64,000 nucleotides of DNA from Candidatus Saccharimonadota bacterium (GCA_028288965.1 JAQGHD010000023.1:7249-71248), one strand, 5' to 3'. Counted from the first letter of the stretch, positions 8,894 to 20,200 are shown. Numbers and translations are program-made. The notes: generated by a model not told the origin, from the sequence alone.

Positions 8894-10204
8894 CTACCTA
8901 TTTTTGCGATGATCTTTAATGATACTGACAATTCGTTCTAAGCTGTGTTTTTCTTCGGTCTGACCCTCTAGATTTTTGAGGACAAAACTTTCATTATTGA
9001 GCTCATTCTCGCCAATAAATATAGCGTAGTGCAGCCCTTTTTTGACCGCTGTTTTAATCTGCTTATCGATTTTGCTGTCGCCGATACCTACAGCCACCTT
9101 TAACCCCATTTCGCGAAGCTTTTTAATAGCCGGTTGAGCCTGGGCGTATATTTCTCCGATTATGACCACATAGACGTCAGTTTCGGAATACAGCTGGGGC
9201 ATTAGGTTGTGGGATTCTAGAAAGTTTTGCAGCGTGACATCACCCATGCCAAAGCCCACTGTCGGCACCGGCTCAACACCAAACAAGCTCACCAGACCGT
9301 CATAGCGGCCGCCACCAAACAGCGATCGATTATTTTCGGGGTGATTATCAAAGACTTCAAAAACGATGTCGGTGTAGTAATCAAAACCGCGCATGAGCGT
9401 AATATCAAACTCAACGTTGGTGATCCCACTATTAGTCAGCGCCGTAATCAACTTCCTCAACTCCTCAACTGAGGCATGCTGTTGAAGCTCGGCGGGGAGA
9501 TCTTCCAGTGTTTTAGACTGCAGCAACGCCTGAAACTTATCGCTCAGCCCACTTTCACGTTCTGATGGACTTAAAATCGCTTCGGCCTGGGCAATAAACT
9601 CGCCGGGTTCCATTTTGTGCATGCGATCAATCAGCTTACTTAACGTAAAGGCTTCTACCTCTGAGAGTTTGAGATAATCTTGCGTCATAGCGTCAACCAG
9701 CTGGCGACTATTCAGCTTGATAGTGTACATGTCACGCTTGGCCTTAAAGGTTTGCAATATATAATCTGCTACTTCAATAATTTCTTGCTCGGCGCCAAGG
9801 TCAGCCACGCCAAAAATATCCACGTTTAATTGCCAGTGCTCGCGCAAGCGTCCGCGCTGCGGCCGTTCATAACGCCATAAATTAGGGATACTGTACCACC
9901 GGAGTGGATAGGCTAAGTCTTGGCGTCGGGCAGCCACCATCCGCGAGACAGTTGGTGTCATTTCTGGACGAATGGCCACCTGGCGCTGACCACGATCGGT
10001 AAAAGTATAGGTCTGTTCATTAACAATCTCCTCACCAGTTTTGGCCTGATATAACTCCAGCGGTTCTAAAATGGGAGCGTCGTATTCTTCGTATCCATAT
10101 TTTTCGACAGCCTTACGCATAACGCCAAACAGATATTTCTGGAGTCGTTTATCTTCGGGGTAAAAATCGCGAGCACCTTTGTAGGGCTGAGTCGATAAAG
10201 CCAT
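8894..10204 (-). CDS. hisS: histidine--tRNA ligase
   Basis: KGARDFYP, RPEMT, RYERPQRGRLREHWQ, RGFDYYT, GGGRYD. Confidence 0.98.
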   Translation of the reverse strand: MALSTQPYKGARDFYPEDKRLQKYLFGVMRKAVEKYGYEEYDAPILEPLELYQAKTGEEIVNEQTYTFTDRGQRQVAIRPEMTPTVSRMVAARRQDLAYPLRWYSIPNLWRYERPQRGRLREHWQLNVDIFGVADLGAEQEIIEVADYILQTFKAKRDMYTIKLNSRQLVDAMTQDYLKLSEVEAFTLSKLIDRMHKMEPGEFIAQAEAILSPSERESGLSDKFQALLQSKTLEDLPAELQQHASVEELRKLITALTNSGITNVEFDITLMRGFDYYTDIVFEVFDNHPENNRSLFGGGRYDGLVSLFGVEPVPTVGFGMGDVTLQNFLESHNLMPQLYSETDVYVVIIGEIYAQAQPAIKKLREMGLKVAVGIGDSKIDKQIKTAVKKGLHYAIFIGENELNNESFVLKNLEGQTEEKHSLERIVSIIKDHRKNR

Positions 10205-10313
10205 AATTACTGCTTATTGTACATGAAAACAGCAGCTATTTAATAGAAGTACGGTTGCAGTTACGGTTGGCGCGACTATAATGAAAATTAACATAGCTAA
10301 GGAGCCCGTACGT

Positions 10314-11039
10314 ATGACTAAGACCAAAAACCCGCACCTAACCGGTGCCTTTGATTTATTTAGTAAAAGCACAGAGGTAGTAAAACGAAATCTTACTTTG
10401 TTTGCGATTTTGTACGCCATTCCGTTTTTGACGCTTATAGGTCGATTTGGCCTACACCCGAGTAGCCGTCGGACGTCAGATAGGTTCTCGGCCAGTGGTG
10501 GTATTGCCGGACTGCCAACTTCGGCGATAGTTGGTCTGGTGAGCTTTGGCTTTTTGATCTCGGTAGCCTTAATTGTGCTGTCATTTTTTATTCGAGCCAT
10601 GACCTATAGCTTAGAGCTCGAAGGCGCTCAAAATAAGACGCCATCATTCAAATATGTATTTGATAAGGCAAGTCGCTACTGGGTTCGGTTGATTGGATTG
10701 ATGATCATTGTGGGCGTAATGGCCTTGGTTGGCTTTATTTTGCTGATTGTCCCCGGGCTAATCGTGATTCGTCGCTATTTCTTAGCTCCATACTTATTGA
10801 TCGACAAGGATTTAACTATTACCGAAGCTATGCAACAAAGTGCCGAGCTAACCAAGCCATACGCCAGCACAATTTGGACAATTATTGGTGTCTCTATCCT
10901 CATCAGCCTGACCAATGTGATTCCGTTTATAGGTGTCTTTATAGCTTTTGTGCTGGGGATTCTGTACTCAGTGGCTCCAGCTCTTAGATACGAGGAGTTA
11001 AAAAAACTCCATCACCAAGCCAAAGAAAAGACAGCTTAA
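10314..11039 (+). CDS. integral membrane protein of unknown function
   Basis: Several hydrophobic segments, ILLIVPGL..A..QS pattern; AAGGAG before ATG 10314 and TATAAT at 10277-10282. Confidence 0.8.
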   Translation: MTKTKNPHLTGAFDLFSKSTEVVKRNLTLFAILYAIPFLTLIGRFGLHPSSRRTSDRFSASGGIAGLPTSAIVGLVSFGFLISVALIVLSFFIRAMTYSLELEGAQNKTPSFKYVFDKASRYWVRLIGLMIIVGVMALVGFILLIVPGLIVIRRYFLAPYLLIDKDLTITEAMQQSAELTKPYASTIWTIIGVSILISLTNVIPFIGVFIAFVLGILYSVAPALRYEELKKLHHQAKEKTA

Positions 11040-11093
11040 ATAGTTAGAGCAAATAATTGTGGAGATGGCTAGTAAATTGTAAACTAATATATT

Positions 11094-11564
11094 ATGTCGC
11101 TACCTGAATTTGAAAACTTATTTGGTGATACACCTCGGCTCGATGTTATAGATGAAAAGTTAGGCGAGAGACGCCTCCTGGCCAGCGAGTTAGCTATTTC
11201 TCACCAGTGGGCAGTAGAGCAAGCGAGTGGCCTTTGCACCGAAGTTATTGAGCCTGTCTATAGTGGTGGCCTGGTATATAACACCGCTTTTTCGCCCAGC
11301 ATAGAGTATGTAACAGGAGGTGGAAAAATTTGTCGTTTGCGATTAGCTTTAGGCAGCGGCCCAAAAGGCTTGTTTGATGATAAACCCACTGAAAGAGTTC
11401 AGTTAGGCATTGTAGATAAGGAAGATACGTTTATGCCAGCAATTACGCTAGGCTCCGATACGATTAAGGATGGAGAACTCCTTTTCACGCGCGTTAATGA
11501 TCCAGCTGATTTGCATTGTTTAGTACGAGCTATCAAATTCTTTTCCGATAAGCTAACAGACTAA
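11094..11564 (+). CDS. hypothetical protein
   Basis: 156-aa ORF filling the gap before the tRNA; no family recognised. Confidence 0.65.
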   Translation: MSLPEFENLFGDTPRLDVIDEKLGERRLLASELAISHQWAVEQASGLCTEVIEPVYSGGLVYNTAFSPSIEYVTGGGKICRLRLALGSGPKGLFDDKPTERVQLGIVDKEDTFMPAITLGSDTIKDGELLFTRVNDPADLHCLVRAIKFFSDKLTD

Positions 11565-11576
11565 ACTGTTCTTGTT

Positions 11577-11661
11577 TGGTGGGGATGAAAGGACTTGAAC
11601 CTTCACGCCTTGCGGCACTAGCTCCTAAGGCTAGCGTGTCTACCAATTCCACCACATCCCC
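11577..11661 (-). tRNA. tRNA-Leu (anticodon TAG), CCA encoded
   Basis: GGGGATG/CATCCCC acceptor stem plus ACCA; anticodon arm CTAGC-CTTAGGA-GCTAG; long variable arm GCCGCAAGGC; GTTCAAG T-loop. Confidence 0.98.
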
Positions 11662-11674
11662 GTGGTTATCAGGG

Positions 11675-12211
11675 CTATTTTACCTTAATTGCTTGGTAAA
11701 AGGCTAGTTCGGCGTCGCCGTAGTTACTCTGCTTGACCAAGCGTAGATCCGGCAGGGCTGGCAGTGGGGTTTGCGCTGGCCACGATAGCACCAATGTCCC
11801 AGCAGGACTAAGATGACGGGCAAGCTTGGCAAGTAAAGCTGTTTGGGTATGATCATACGGCGGATCAAGAAAAATAAGATCAAACAGAGCCTCTGGGTTA
11901 TTATCGGACCAGCCTGACACATTAGCCCGAACAAGTCGGGCATTTTTTAGCTTGAGATTGGCAATATTGTGCTCGATGGTGGTTTGGGCGTTGCGGTCAG
12001 AGTCTATGATCAGGGCGCTCGTGGCGCCGCGACTAAGGGCTTCAAAACCAAGGGCGCCGCTGCCACCAAAGGCGTCTAGGACGCTCAAGCCTTCGATATC
12101 GCCAAGTACATTAAACAGGCCGCCGCGAGCTTTGTCGCTCATCGGATGTGTTCTATGACCCTTTGGGGCCTCAAATTGCTGGCCGCCTAGACCCCCGCCG
12201 ATAATTCTCAT
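11675..12211 (-). CDS. rsmD: 16S rRNA m2G966 methyltransferase, RsmD family
   Basis: MRIIGG start, LDAFGGSGALGFEALSRGA, FLDPPY. Confidence 0.93.
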   Translation of the reverse strand: MRIIGGGLGGQQFEAPKGHRTHPMSDKARGGLFNVLGDIEGLSVLDAFGGSGALGFEALSRGATSALIIDSDRNAQTTIEHNIANLKLKNARLVRANVSGWSDNNPEALFDLIFLDPPYDHTQTALLAKLARHLSPAGTLVLSWPAQTPLPALPDLRLVKQSNYGDAELAFYQAIKVK

Positions 12212-13032
12212 ACTTTTTTTTCAATGATGTTGGCGTCGAGTAGGGCGCTATACCAAGCCAAGGTTACGGTTTTAATGATCGTTGGCCCTAATCGATACTT
12301 AACTTGCCAAGCCAACTTTGGTGTCCAGCCAGTTTTATAGTAGTGCCCATACATATCCAACACAGCAATTTCCTTAGCGCTTTGGCGGAACCATTCCAGC
12401 AGGCCAATGTCTTCCAGCCGAGTGATATCGTCTTTGGTGGGAACAGCGTGCTGAAAACCTAGTGGCGCCATAGCGGTAGCCACTCCCATTTCAAACAAGC
12501 CGTGGGTGGTAAACAAACCTTTTGGACCCCACATCTTCCAGTTATTACGAACGACCTCACGCCGGTTACTACCGTGCATGACTAGTTTTTCTTTGATCGT
12601 CGTTCGGGTTTCTATACTTTGACCACCGCGTAGTTCAACTAATTTTTCTTCATATGGATAGTGATGGGCTGGCGTTAGGCCATCTACCAGGGCGTGTGAC
12701 AACCAGGCAGCTTCAAATGCCGCTCGCTCACGGTTGTTAGCCTTAAGGTGCTTTACTAATTGATCGTAGTGATCTTTTATTAGCTCCAGTAACTTAGAAT
12801 CATCCTCATTAAACGGACTGTAATAATGCCAAGGCTCATCCCGAGCTGGGCTTTTGCGTTTAAGCGCATCGGGGCCATTTTTGCCTTCGAACTGCAGAAT
12901 GCTACGGGCGGCTGGAAAGAGTTGGTTGTTTGGCAAAATTTCTCGCAAATGGTGCCGTGCTACTCGATCAATCTTTTGATGAGCACCTAAAAGGCGGCCG
13001 GAGAATCGCGTAAATGTTGTCCCAGAATACAT
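12208..13032 (-). CDS. hypothetical protein, possible zinc phospholipase C / P1 nuclease fold
   Basis: Spaced metal-ligand-like motifs AHQ, GPD, PWHY, SHALVDGLTPAHH, THGLFE; ATGA overlap with rsmD. Confidence 0.6.
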   Translation of the reverse strand: MYSGTTFTRFSGRLLGAHQKIDRVARHHLREILPNNQLFPAARSILQFEGKNGPDALKRKSPARDEPWHYYSPFNEDDSKLLELIKDHYDQLVKHLKANNRERAAFEAAWLSHALVDGLTPAHHYPYEEKLVELRGGQSIETRTTIKEKLVMHGSNRREVVRNNWKMWGPKGLFTTHGLFEMGVATAMAPLGFQHAVPTKDDITRLEDIGLLEWFRQSAKEIAVLDMYGHYYKTGWTPKLAWQVKYRLGPTIIKTVTLAWYSALLDANIIEKKV

Positions 13033-13036
13033 ATAT

Positions 13037-15073
13037 TTAGTTTAAATTTGTCACCGTTCGTAACTGTTGCACACGGTTGTTTAACTGTTTATAGTGTAGC
13101 AAATTTTCGCCCTTATCGATAAATTCCTGGGCAGCCGTGCGCGCCCGGGCGATTAGTTTAGTATCAGTGAGCGTTGCCACGCGCAAATCCAATTGCCCAT
13201 GTTGTAAGGTGCCATAAATAGCGCCAGGGCCGCGGATCTCTAGATCCAGATCGGCCAAGGCAAATCCATCTTGTGAGCTTTCTACGGCTCGTAAGCGTCT
13301 AGTCGGGGCTTTTGAGTCACTCATAACTAAGTAGCAGTAACCCTGGTAATTACTCCGGCCAACCCGGCCACGCAGCTGATGAATTTGGGCCAAACCAAAG
13401 CGCTCCGCGCCCTCTATCACCATAACTGTGGCATTGGGCACATCGACGCCGACTTCTACCACCGTGGTTGAGACAATCATATCGAGCTTATGGGCCGCAA
13501 AAGCTTCCATGACTTCATTTTTAGGGCCAGATTTGAGCTTGCCATGCAGAAGGCCTATGCGCCGGTGCTTAAACGGACCTTTACGCAAAGTATCGTAGAC
13601 ACTCTCTACTGACAGTAGCTGCTCGTTGACGGCCGAGTCGGTTATCAGTGGGCAAACAATAAATACCTGTCGGCCCTGCTCAATTTGCTCATCTAGCTTA
13701 GCGTACAGTTGGGCGCGTGAATTAGGTGAAATAACTTTGGTGACAATTGGCTTCCGGTTGGCTGGTTTGGAATCCATGATAGAGATGTCAAGTTCACCGT
13801 AAAGTGTCAGTGCTAGGCTACGTGGAATCGGTGTGGCCGTCATGCTGAGAACGTGCGGCATATGGCCGGCCTTGATCTGTAGTTTTTTGCGTTGAGCAAC
13901 CCCAAAACGATGTTGCTCATCAATAACTACCAGGCCGAGGTTGTGCATATCGACTTTTTCTTGGATGAGGGCGTGCGTACCCACTATAAACTGTGCCTGG
14001 CCAGAGGTTATAAGGTGGTGCGTGTCGTGCTTGTCCTGTGCTTTGAGGCCACCAACCAACAAGGCTAGCCTGTCGGCAAAACCAAGCGGTTTCAATAGGC
14101 CAGCAATGGTTTCAGCGTGTTGACGAGCCAATAGTTCGGTGGGCGCCATAAAAGCCACCTGAAAACCTTGCTTTAGGGCCATTAAGGCGGCCATGGTAGC
14201 CACAACTGTTTTGCCGGAACCAACATCGCCCTCGACTAAACGGTTCATGGGCGTGGTCTTTTGCATATCTAAATAAATGCGCCAAACCACTTTCTTTTGG
14301 GCATCGGTAAGTGTAAATGGCAAATGGCTAACAAATTGCTTGGCTAAGTGCTCGTCAAACGGAATACTCAGTGCTTTTTCACGCAGCAACTCATCCTTAT
14401 TGAGTAAGCTAGCTAGGCTTAGCTCAAAAACCTCTTCGTAGCCTAACCGTTCCTTGGCTTGGGCCAATTGCTTCATGGACTCAGGAAAATGTATGGCTTC
14501 GTAGGCCGGACGTTGATCAATAAGTTTGGCTTCTTTGGCCACCCAGGCCGGCAGTGTTTCGGGCAGCACTGGCTCACTATCTAGCAACGCCCGGACGCTT
14601 TTTCGTATTTGAGCAGAGCTGAGTCCCTTAGTTTCGCGGTAAATTGGAATTATACGGGCGGTATTCATTGGAAAGTCGCTGACCAACTCTATAGATGGAC
14701 TAGCAATTGAAAAACGCTGCCGACGCAGTTCAAACAATCCAGAAATATAGTACTCGGCGCCGGCTTTTATGCTGCCGGCGCGGTAGGCTTGATTGAACCA
14801 CACCAGCCGCACGCTCCCTGTCTTGTCGCTGGCGATTGCCTCTGTAATATGCATGCCCCGACGCACATAGCGGCCGGTTACTTGCTTAATTTGGGCTTTT
14901 AAACTCACTTGGCCTGGTTTTAGGGAGCCTAACGGCGTAATAACTGAATAATCTTCATATCGCCTCGGATAATACGTCAGTAAATCCTCCAAAGAGTGGA
15001 TGCCCACTGTGGCGTACTTTTTGGCGAGTTCAGGCCCCACACCCCTAAGCTCGGTAATAGATGTCTCGTTCAC
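13037..15073 (-). CDS. recG: ATP-dependent DNA helicase RecG
   Basis: GDVGSGKT, IDEQHRFG, MTATPIPRS, QLRGRVGR, DLEIRGPG. Confidence 0.98.
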   Translation of the reverse strand: MNETSITELRGVGPELAKKYATVGIHSLEDLLTYYPRRYEDYSVITPLGSLKPGQVSLKAQIKQVTGRYVRRGMHITEAIASDKTGSVRLVWFNQAYRAGSIKAGAEYYISGLFELRRQRFSIASPSIELVSDFPMNTARIIPIYRETKGLSSAQIRKSVRALLDSEPVLPETLPAWVAKEAKLIDQRPAYEAIHFPESMKQLAQAKERLGYEEVFELSLASLLNKDELLREKALSIPFDEHLAKQFVSHLPFTLTDAQKKVVWRIYLDMQKTTPMNRLVEGDVGSGKTVVATMAALMALKQGFQVAFMAPTELLARQHAETIAGLLKPLGFADRLALLVGGLKAQDKHDTHHLITSGQAQFIVGTHALIQEKVDMHNLGLVVIDEQHRFGVAQRKKLQIKAGHMPHVLSMTATPIPRSLALTLYGELDISIMDSKPANRKPIVTKVISPNSRAQLYAKLDEQIEQGRQVFIVCPLITDSAVNEQLLSVESVYDTLRKGPFKHRRIGLLHGKLKSGPKNEVMEAFAAHKLDMIVSTTVVEVGVDVPNATVMVIEGAERFGLAQIHQLRGRVGRSNYQGYCYLVMSDSKAPTRRLRAVESSQDGFALADLDLEIRGPGAIYGTLQHGQLDLRVATLTDTKLIARARTAAQEFIDKGENLLHYKQLNNRVQQLRTVTNLN

Positions 15074-15109
15074 ATACTTAAGTATAGTTGATTCTTAAGT
15101 GAAGAGGAG

Positions 15110-15886
15110 TTAGGAGACCTTTTTAACCAGCAAAAAGACACTTGGCCCAAAGTAGGTTTTGGCCAGTGGTTCTTGCATCATTTTTTCCAGCGCCAGTAAT
15201 GTTCCTTGGGAAAAGGCCTTTTTAAGCAGCGTGGAGCGTAAGTTTGAGACAGATAGCACGTGCTCTACCGTGAGTCCGGCGTGGGCTAGCTGCTTGATAA
15301 CCGTTTTGGGATTGTGATTGACGAAGGCAATCTCATCTTCTTGGCGATTTTGGGCGGAACGAATGTCAACTGGCTGTGTTGGCAGACGTTTGCCGCGCAC
15401 TATGTGTTTCAGTCGATTTCTAAAGTGGCTGTAGTTGGCAATCTCTAAAATAAAAACGCCATTGGCGCTGAGCACGCGAGCAATTTCGGCAAATTCTGCT
15501 GACGGATCTGGCAAGTGGTGCATGACCCGGATCATGGTTAGCAGATCAACAGTTCCGTCCTTAAAGGCCAGATTGTCGGCTTGCATCAGCTGGCGCTCAA
15601 TTCCCGGGTGATTCTCAAGAAAGTCTTTAGCAATATCCAGTTGTTGTTGGGACGGTTCGGCTAAGGTTACTTTATTGGCGTAATGTTCCAGCAGTAAGCA
15701 CAACCGGCCGTAACCACCACCAACATCTACGGCGTGCTGAAAATGCTGGCCTTTTAAAAGACGCTCAATGGCTATTTGCTCGGCGGCGTTTTCATAATCT
15801 CGTCCGTCCCAATAGTGCAAATAATTATGCTTGGGGTCGTTATATTGGTCAGCTTTTTTGTGAGTTGGGCTTGGTGTTTTTGCCAT
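15110..15886 (-). CDS. class I SAM-dependent methyltransferase
   Basis: VDVGGGYGR motif I, RVMHHLPDP, EIARVL..NG. Confidence 0.9.
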   Translation of the reverse strand: MAKTPSPTHKKADQYNDPKHNYLHYWDGRDYENAAEQIAIERLLKGQHFQHAVDVGGGYGRLCLLLEHYANKVTLAEPSQQQLDIAKDFLENHPGIERQLMQADNLAFKDGTVDLLTMIRVMHHLPDPSAEFAEIARVLSANGVFILEIANYSHFRNRLKHIVRGKRLPTQPVDIRSAQNRQEDEIAFVNHNPKTVIKQLAHAGLTVEHVLSVSNLRSTLLKKAFSQGTLLALEKMMQEPLAKTYFGPSVFLLVKKVS

Positions 15887-15923
15887 ATCGCGCTTCAGTA
15901 TAGCATGACCTCTAGGGGTTCGC

Positions 15924-17180
15924 TTAGCTTAACTCCACAACGGCGTTTTGATTTTTGCCTCGCCGAATGATGGCGTGCCCGTAGATGACATCTTGGCTAT
16001 CAAAAACGGATTTAGTGCTGGAGAACTGCTGTCCATTTATATAAATAGCATTGTCGTTTAAAAAGCGCCGAGCCTCGCCATTAGAACTGGCTAGTCCGGC
16101 TTCAACTAATACATCAACTAGCGGACTGTGATTTAGCTTGGCAGTCACTTTGGGCAGCTCGCTGCTCAGCAGCTGAAAATCTTTGGCTGTCAGCTGAGTG
16201 TAATCATCGTTGCCAAAGAGCGTTTCGGTCACTTTTTTAATGATTTGGGCATTCTCTGGTCCGTGTACCAGCTTGGTTACTTCATGAGCCAGGGTTTTTT
16301 GAGCTAAGCGATCAGATTTGTCCTCTTCAAAGCGCGTCATTATATGAGCAATCTGCGGCTTATCCAGCTGGGTAAAGATCTTTAAGTAGTCGGCTACACT
16401 TTCGTCGTCAGTGTTTAGCCAAAATTGATAAAACTGATAGACACTAGTCTTGGCCGGATCGAGCCAGATAGCACCATCCTCGCTTTTGCCGAATTTTTTG
16501 CCGGTAGCTTTATTAATCACTAGCGGCATTGTTAATACATGAGCTTCAGCGCCGGTAACTTTCCTGATGAGTTCGACGCCTGATAAGCTGTTGCCCCACT
16601 GGTCGGCACCCGACACCTGCAAATTAACACCGTGTTTCTGGTGGAGGTATAAAAAGTCGTAGCCCTGGAGCAGCGTATAGCTAAATTCTGTAAAGCTTAT
16701 GCCGGCGCCACCTTCACCCATACGCTTGGCGATGTAATCACGTTGGACTAGTGGCGTCATACTAAAGTGTTTGCCCACATCACGCAAAAAGTGCAGTACC
16801 GACATTTTGCCGAGCCAGTCGGCGTTATTAACAACCGAAACAGAGCTGCCGACTAATTTTTCCAACTGATGGGCCACCTGCTTAATATTATGGGCCACGG
16901 TGGCTTCTGACTGCAGTTGACGCTCGGCATCTTTACCTCCGGGGTCGCCGATCACACTGGTTGCACCGCCCAGCAGTACAATCCCTGTGTGTCCATGCTT
17001 CATAAGCAGTTTGTCGAGCATGACAGCCGCTAAATTCCCCACTGTTAAAGAGTCCGAAGAAGCGTCGTAACCATGATAAAACTTCAGCTTGTTCTCATCT
17101 ATAGCTGATAGTTTGGGCAGCGTGGTTTGGTTTAAGAATCCGCGCCAAGCGAGCTCTTCAGAAAGCGTCATTGAGTCCAT
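15924..17180 (-). CDS. tyrS: tyrosine--tRNA ligase
   Basis: IGDPGG, EFSYTLLQGYDF, GADQWGN, KFGKS, C-terminal S4 domain. Confidence 0.98.
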   Translation of the reverse strand: MDSMTLSEELAWRGFLNQTTLPKLSAIDENKLKFYHGYDASSDSLTVGNLAAVMLDKLLMKHGHTGIVLLGGATSVIGDPGGKDAERQLQSEATVAHNIKQVAHQLEKLVGSSVSVVNNADWLGKMSVLHFLRDVGKHFSMTPLVQRDYIAKRMGEGGAGISFTEFSYTLLQGYDFLYLHQKHGVNLQVSGADQWGNSLSGVELIRKVTGAEAHVLTMPLVINKATGKKFGKSEDGAIWLDPAKTSVYQFYQFWLNTDDESVADYLKIFTQLDKPQIAHIMTRFEEDKSDRLAQKTLAHEVTKLVHGPENAQIIKKVTETLFGNDDYTQLTAKDFQLLSSELPKVTAKLNHSPLVDVLVEAGLASSNGEARRFLNDNAIYINGQQFSSTKSVFDSQDVIYGHAIIRRGKNQNAVVELS

Positions 17181-17297
17181 TCATGTCTATCCTTGTTTGC
17201 TTGGTAGGTAGTATAGCTAAGAGACAGCGATTTTGGTATTGCCGCAAGGAAATTTTGCTATAATAAAGCTATTGTCTATGGAGCAGGTTAAACACAC

Positions 17298-20200
17298 ATG
17301 AGTAACCCTAAAGGTTCGAAAAAGAGTGGACGCTCGAGGGTGTCTCGCACGAGTTTTACGACTCGAAGTGGGAATAACATCAAAATTAACCGCGGTCTGA
17401 GTCAGCGCTTGCGCTCTAGTCGCGAAGCCAAGGCCCAGCGCAAGGCTGAGCGGATGATCGGCATGCCAAAATCTCGGCTCAAACGACTGCTTTACAGATT
17501 GCAGCCAAGACGTTTAGCCAACTACTGGTTTAGTCGCGAAGGGGGCATCATGGCCCTTAAGATTATTGGTATAGGTATTGCCGCTGGATTCCTGATACTG
17601 GTTGGCTTATTTGCTTACTTTCGAAAAGATTTGCCAAAACTTAACGATGTTTCTGGGGGGAATATTGGTGGCAGCATTAGTTATTATGATCGTACCGGTA
17701 AAGTGTTGCTCTGGCAAGATTACGATGCCGTAAAACGTATTCCCGTCCAAGGCGGCGATATTTCTCAATCCCTAAAAGACGCTACCGTAGCCGTAGAAGA
17801 CAAAGACTTCTTTAAACACGGAGGGTTTGACGTGCGTGGTATTGCCAGAGCCGGTGTCCATAACGTCGTGGGTCACGGCGGCACCCAAGGTGGCTCGACA
17901 ATCACCCAACAGCTGGTCAAGTTAACCCAGAACTGGACCCAGCAACGCTCCGTGAGCCGAAAGGTTAAAGAGTTAATTATTGCTATTGAATTGGAACGCG
18001 AATACTCCAAGCAGCAAATCTTGGCCGGCTATCTCAATGTGGCGCCGTATGGAAATATTGAGTACGGAGCCCAAGCCGCAGCGAACGATTACTTTCATAA
18101 ATCTGCTAAAGATCTGTCACTGGATGAAGCGGCATTCTTGGCAGCTATTCCTAAATCGCCTTCTTACTACTCACCGTACGGCGCGGTCTACAAACAAGAT
18201 CCAGCCAGCGCCAACAAAGACCTTGTGGACCGGCAGCACTATATCTTGGACCTTATGGTGCAGCAGCACATGATCAACAAGCAACAGGCTGATGACGCTA
18301 AAAAGGTGGACATTGTGGCCAAGATTCAGCCGCAGTCGGCTAAATACGCTAACATTCAATACCCTTACTTTGTTCTGACAGCTAAAAAAGAGCTCGAAAA
18401 CAAGTACGGTACGCAAACGGTAAATCGCGGCGGCTGGAAAGTTATTACTACCCTTGATAAAAATCTCCAGGACAAATCAGAGAAGCTGGTGGCCGATAAC
18501 CTAAGTTATGTCCAACGATACCATGCCGATGAAGAAGCCATGGTTGGCGAGGATGTCCAAACCGGTCAGATCGTGGCCTTGGTTGGCGGCACTAACTTTA
18601 GTGATCCGGATCACGGACAAAACAATTTTGCCAGCGGCATTTTGTTGCCACCAGGCTCGAGTTTTAAGCCCTATGACTACACTACTCTGATAGAAAACAA
18701 TAATAATGTAGGGGCCGGTTCGGTACTCTTTGACAGCGAGGGAGTCTTACCAGGCTACCCATGTAGCAACAAGGCGTTACCGAAAAATGGTGGTAACTGT
18801 CTGAAAGATTACGACTTTTTGCAACCGGGACCGCTATCGCTTCGATACGCGCTGGGTGGTTCACGTAACATTCCAGCCGTGAAAGCCATGCTGTCATCTG
18901 TGCCAAACGATAAATCTGATAGTCGAACAGCCTCCGTAAACAAGGTCATAAGTACCGCTTCAGCCATGATGGCAAACCCATACGTGAGCGGCAACACCTA
19001 TAATTGTTACGCGGATGAAGCTCTCACCAAAACTACGCAATGTTATGGTGCCTCGGCCATTGGCGATGGTGCTTTCTTGCACCTTGACGATCACGTCAAC
19101 GGATTAAGTACCCTTGGCCGATTGGGGAATGCCATACCTAAAACCTACATACTGAAGATAACTGATGCTGCCAACAAGGTAGTTAACCAGTGGGCACAAC
19201 CAAAAGGTAAGCAAGTTATTCGTCCGGACACGGCTTACATCATTGATGATATGGCCTCTGATCCCAGAGCCAGCTATTTGCCGGGAAACTGTAGCGATAC
19301 CAGCTGTCCAGCGACGACTCGTGGCTATAAGTTCCATCGTTTTAACGGCTGGAAATTTGCTATAAAAACCGGTACGACTAACGACGGCTACGATGGGCTT
19401 ATGACAAGTTGGTCCTCAAAATATGCAGTCGTTACTTGGGTGGGCAATCACACCAGGCACGTTTCGCTTACGACTTCCATGGAAAATATGACAGGACCGC
19501 TCACGAGAGGCTTCATGGAGGCTGCCCACACCAACTTAAAGCCGCAAAACTGGGTACAGCCAACCAGTATAAAAAGTCTGCCAGCCTTTATCGTGCGTAA
19601 TCATATTCATTATGGCGATCAAGAGCCAAGCCCGACCAACGATCTCTTCCCTTCTTGGTACCAGCCAAAGAGCACCAGCAATAGCACCCAAACACTTGAT
19701 AAGATCTCTAATAAGGTTGCCACCAATTGTACGCCTAGCTTAGCTAAGGATAATGCAGCCAATAGCAATGCTAATACTTGGAATGTTGATATCTTCCATG
19801 GTGGCACGACCTCAGCCGGTACCACGGCCACTACTTCAACAAATGATACGGACGATGTGCATAATTGTGGTGATCTAAAACCGGGTATTTCCTTGAGTGC
19901 GTCTGGTAATACCATGGTAGCCAGCATTATTCAAGGAACACATCCGCTCGCCGGCAATACCGACAAAGGTGCTGGAAAAGTTAATTTCATAGCCAACGGC
20001 CAGGTTATTCAATCTATTAACATAGTCGACGGCCAATCAAGCTACACCCTAACTAGTACCAGTGGCCTGAGCGGCGACGTGCCCATAACTGCTCAAGTAA
20101 TTGATAGCGTCTTGTATGACGCAACCTCAGATAGTGTAACCGCAAATTTTTCTCCCAGTCCAGTCGCAACAGGCCCAACGATAACCGGCATCAGCGGCGG

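Noticed and set aside
10214..10600. 128-aa minus-strand ORF upstream of hisS
   Set aside because: Overlaps the better-supported plus-strand membrane protein gene that has an RBS and -10 box.
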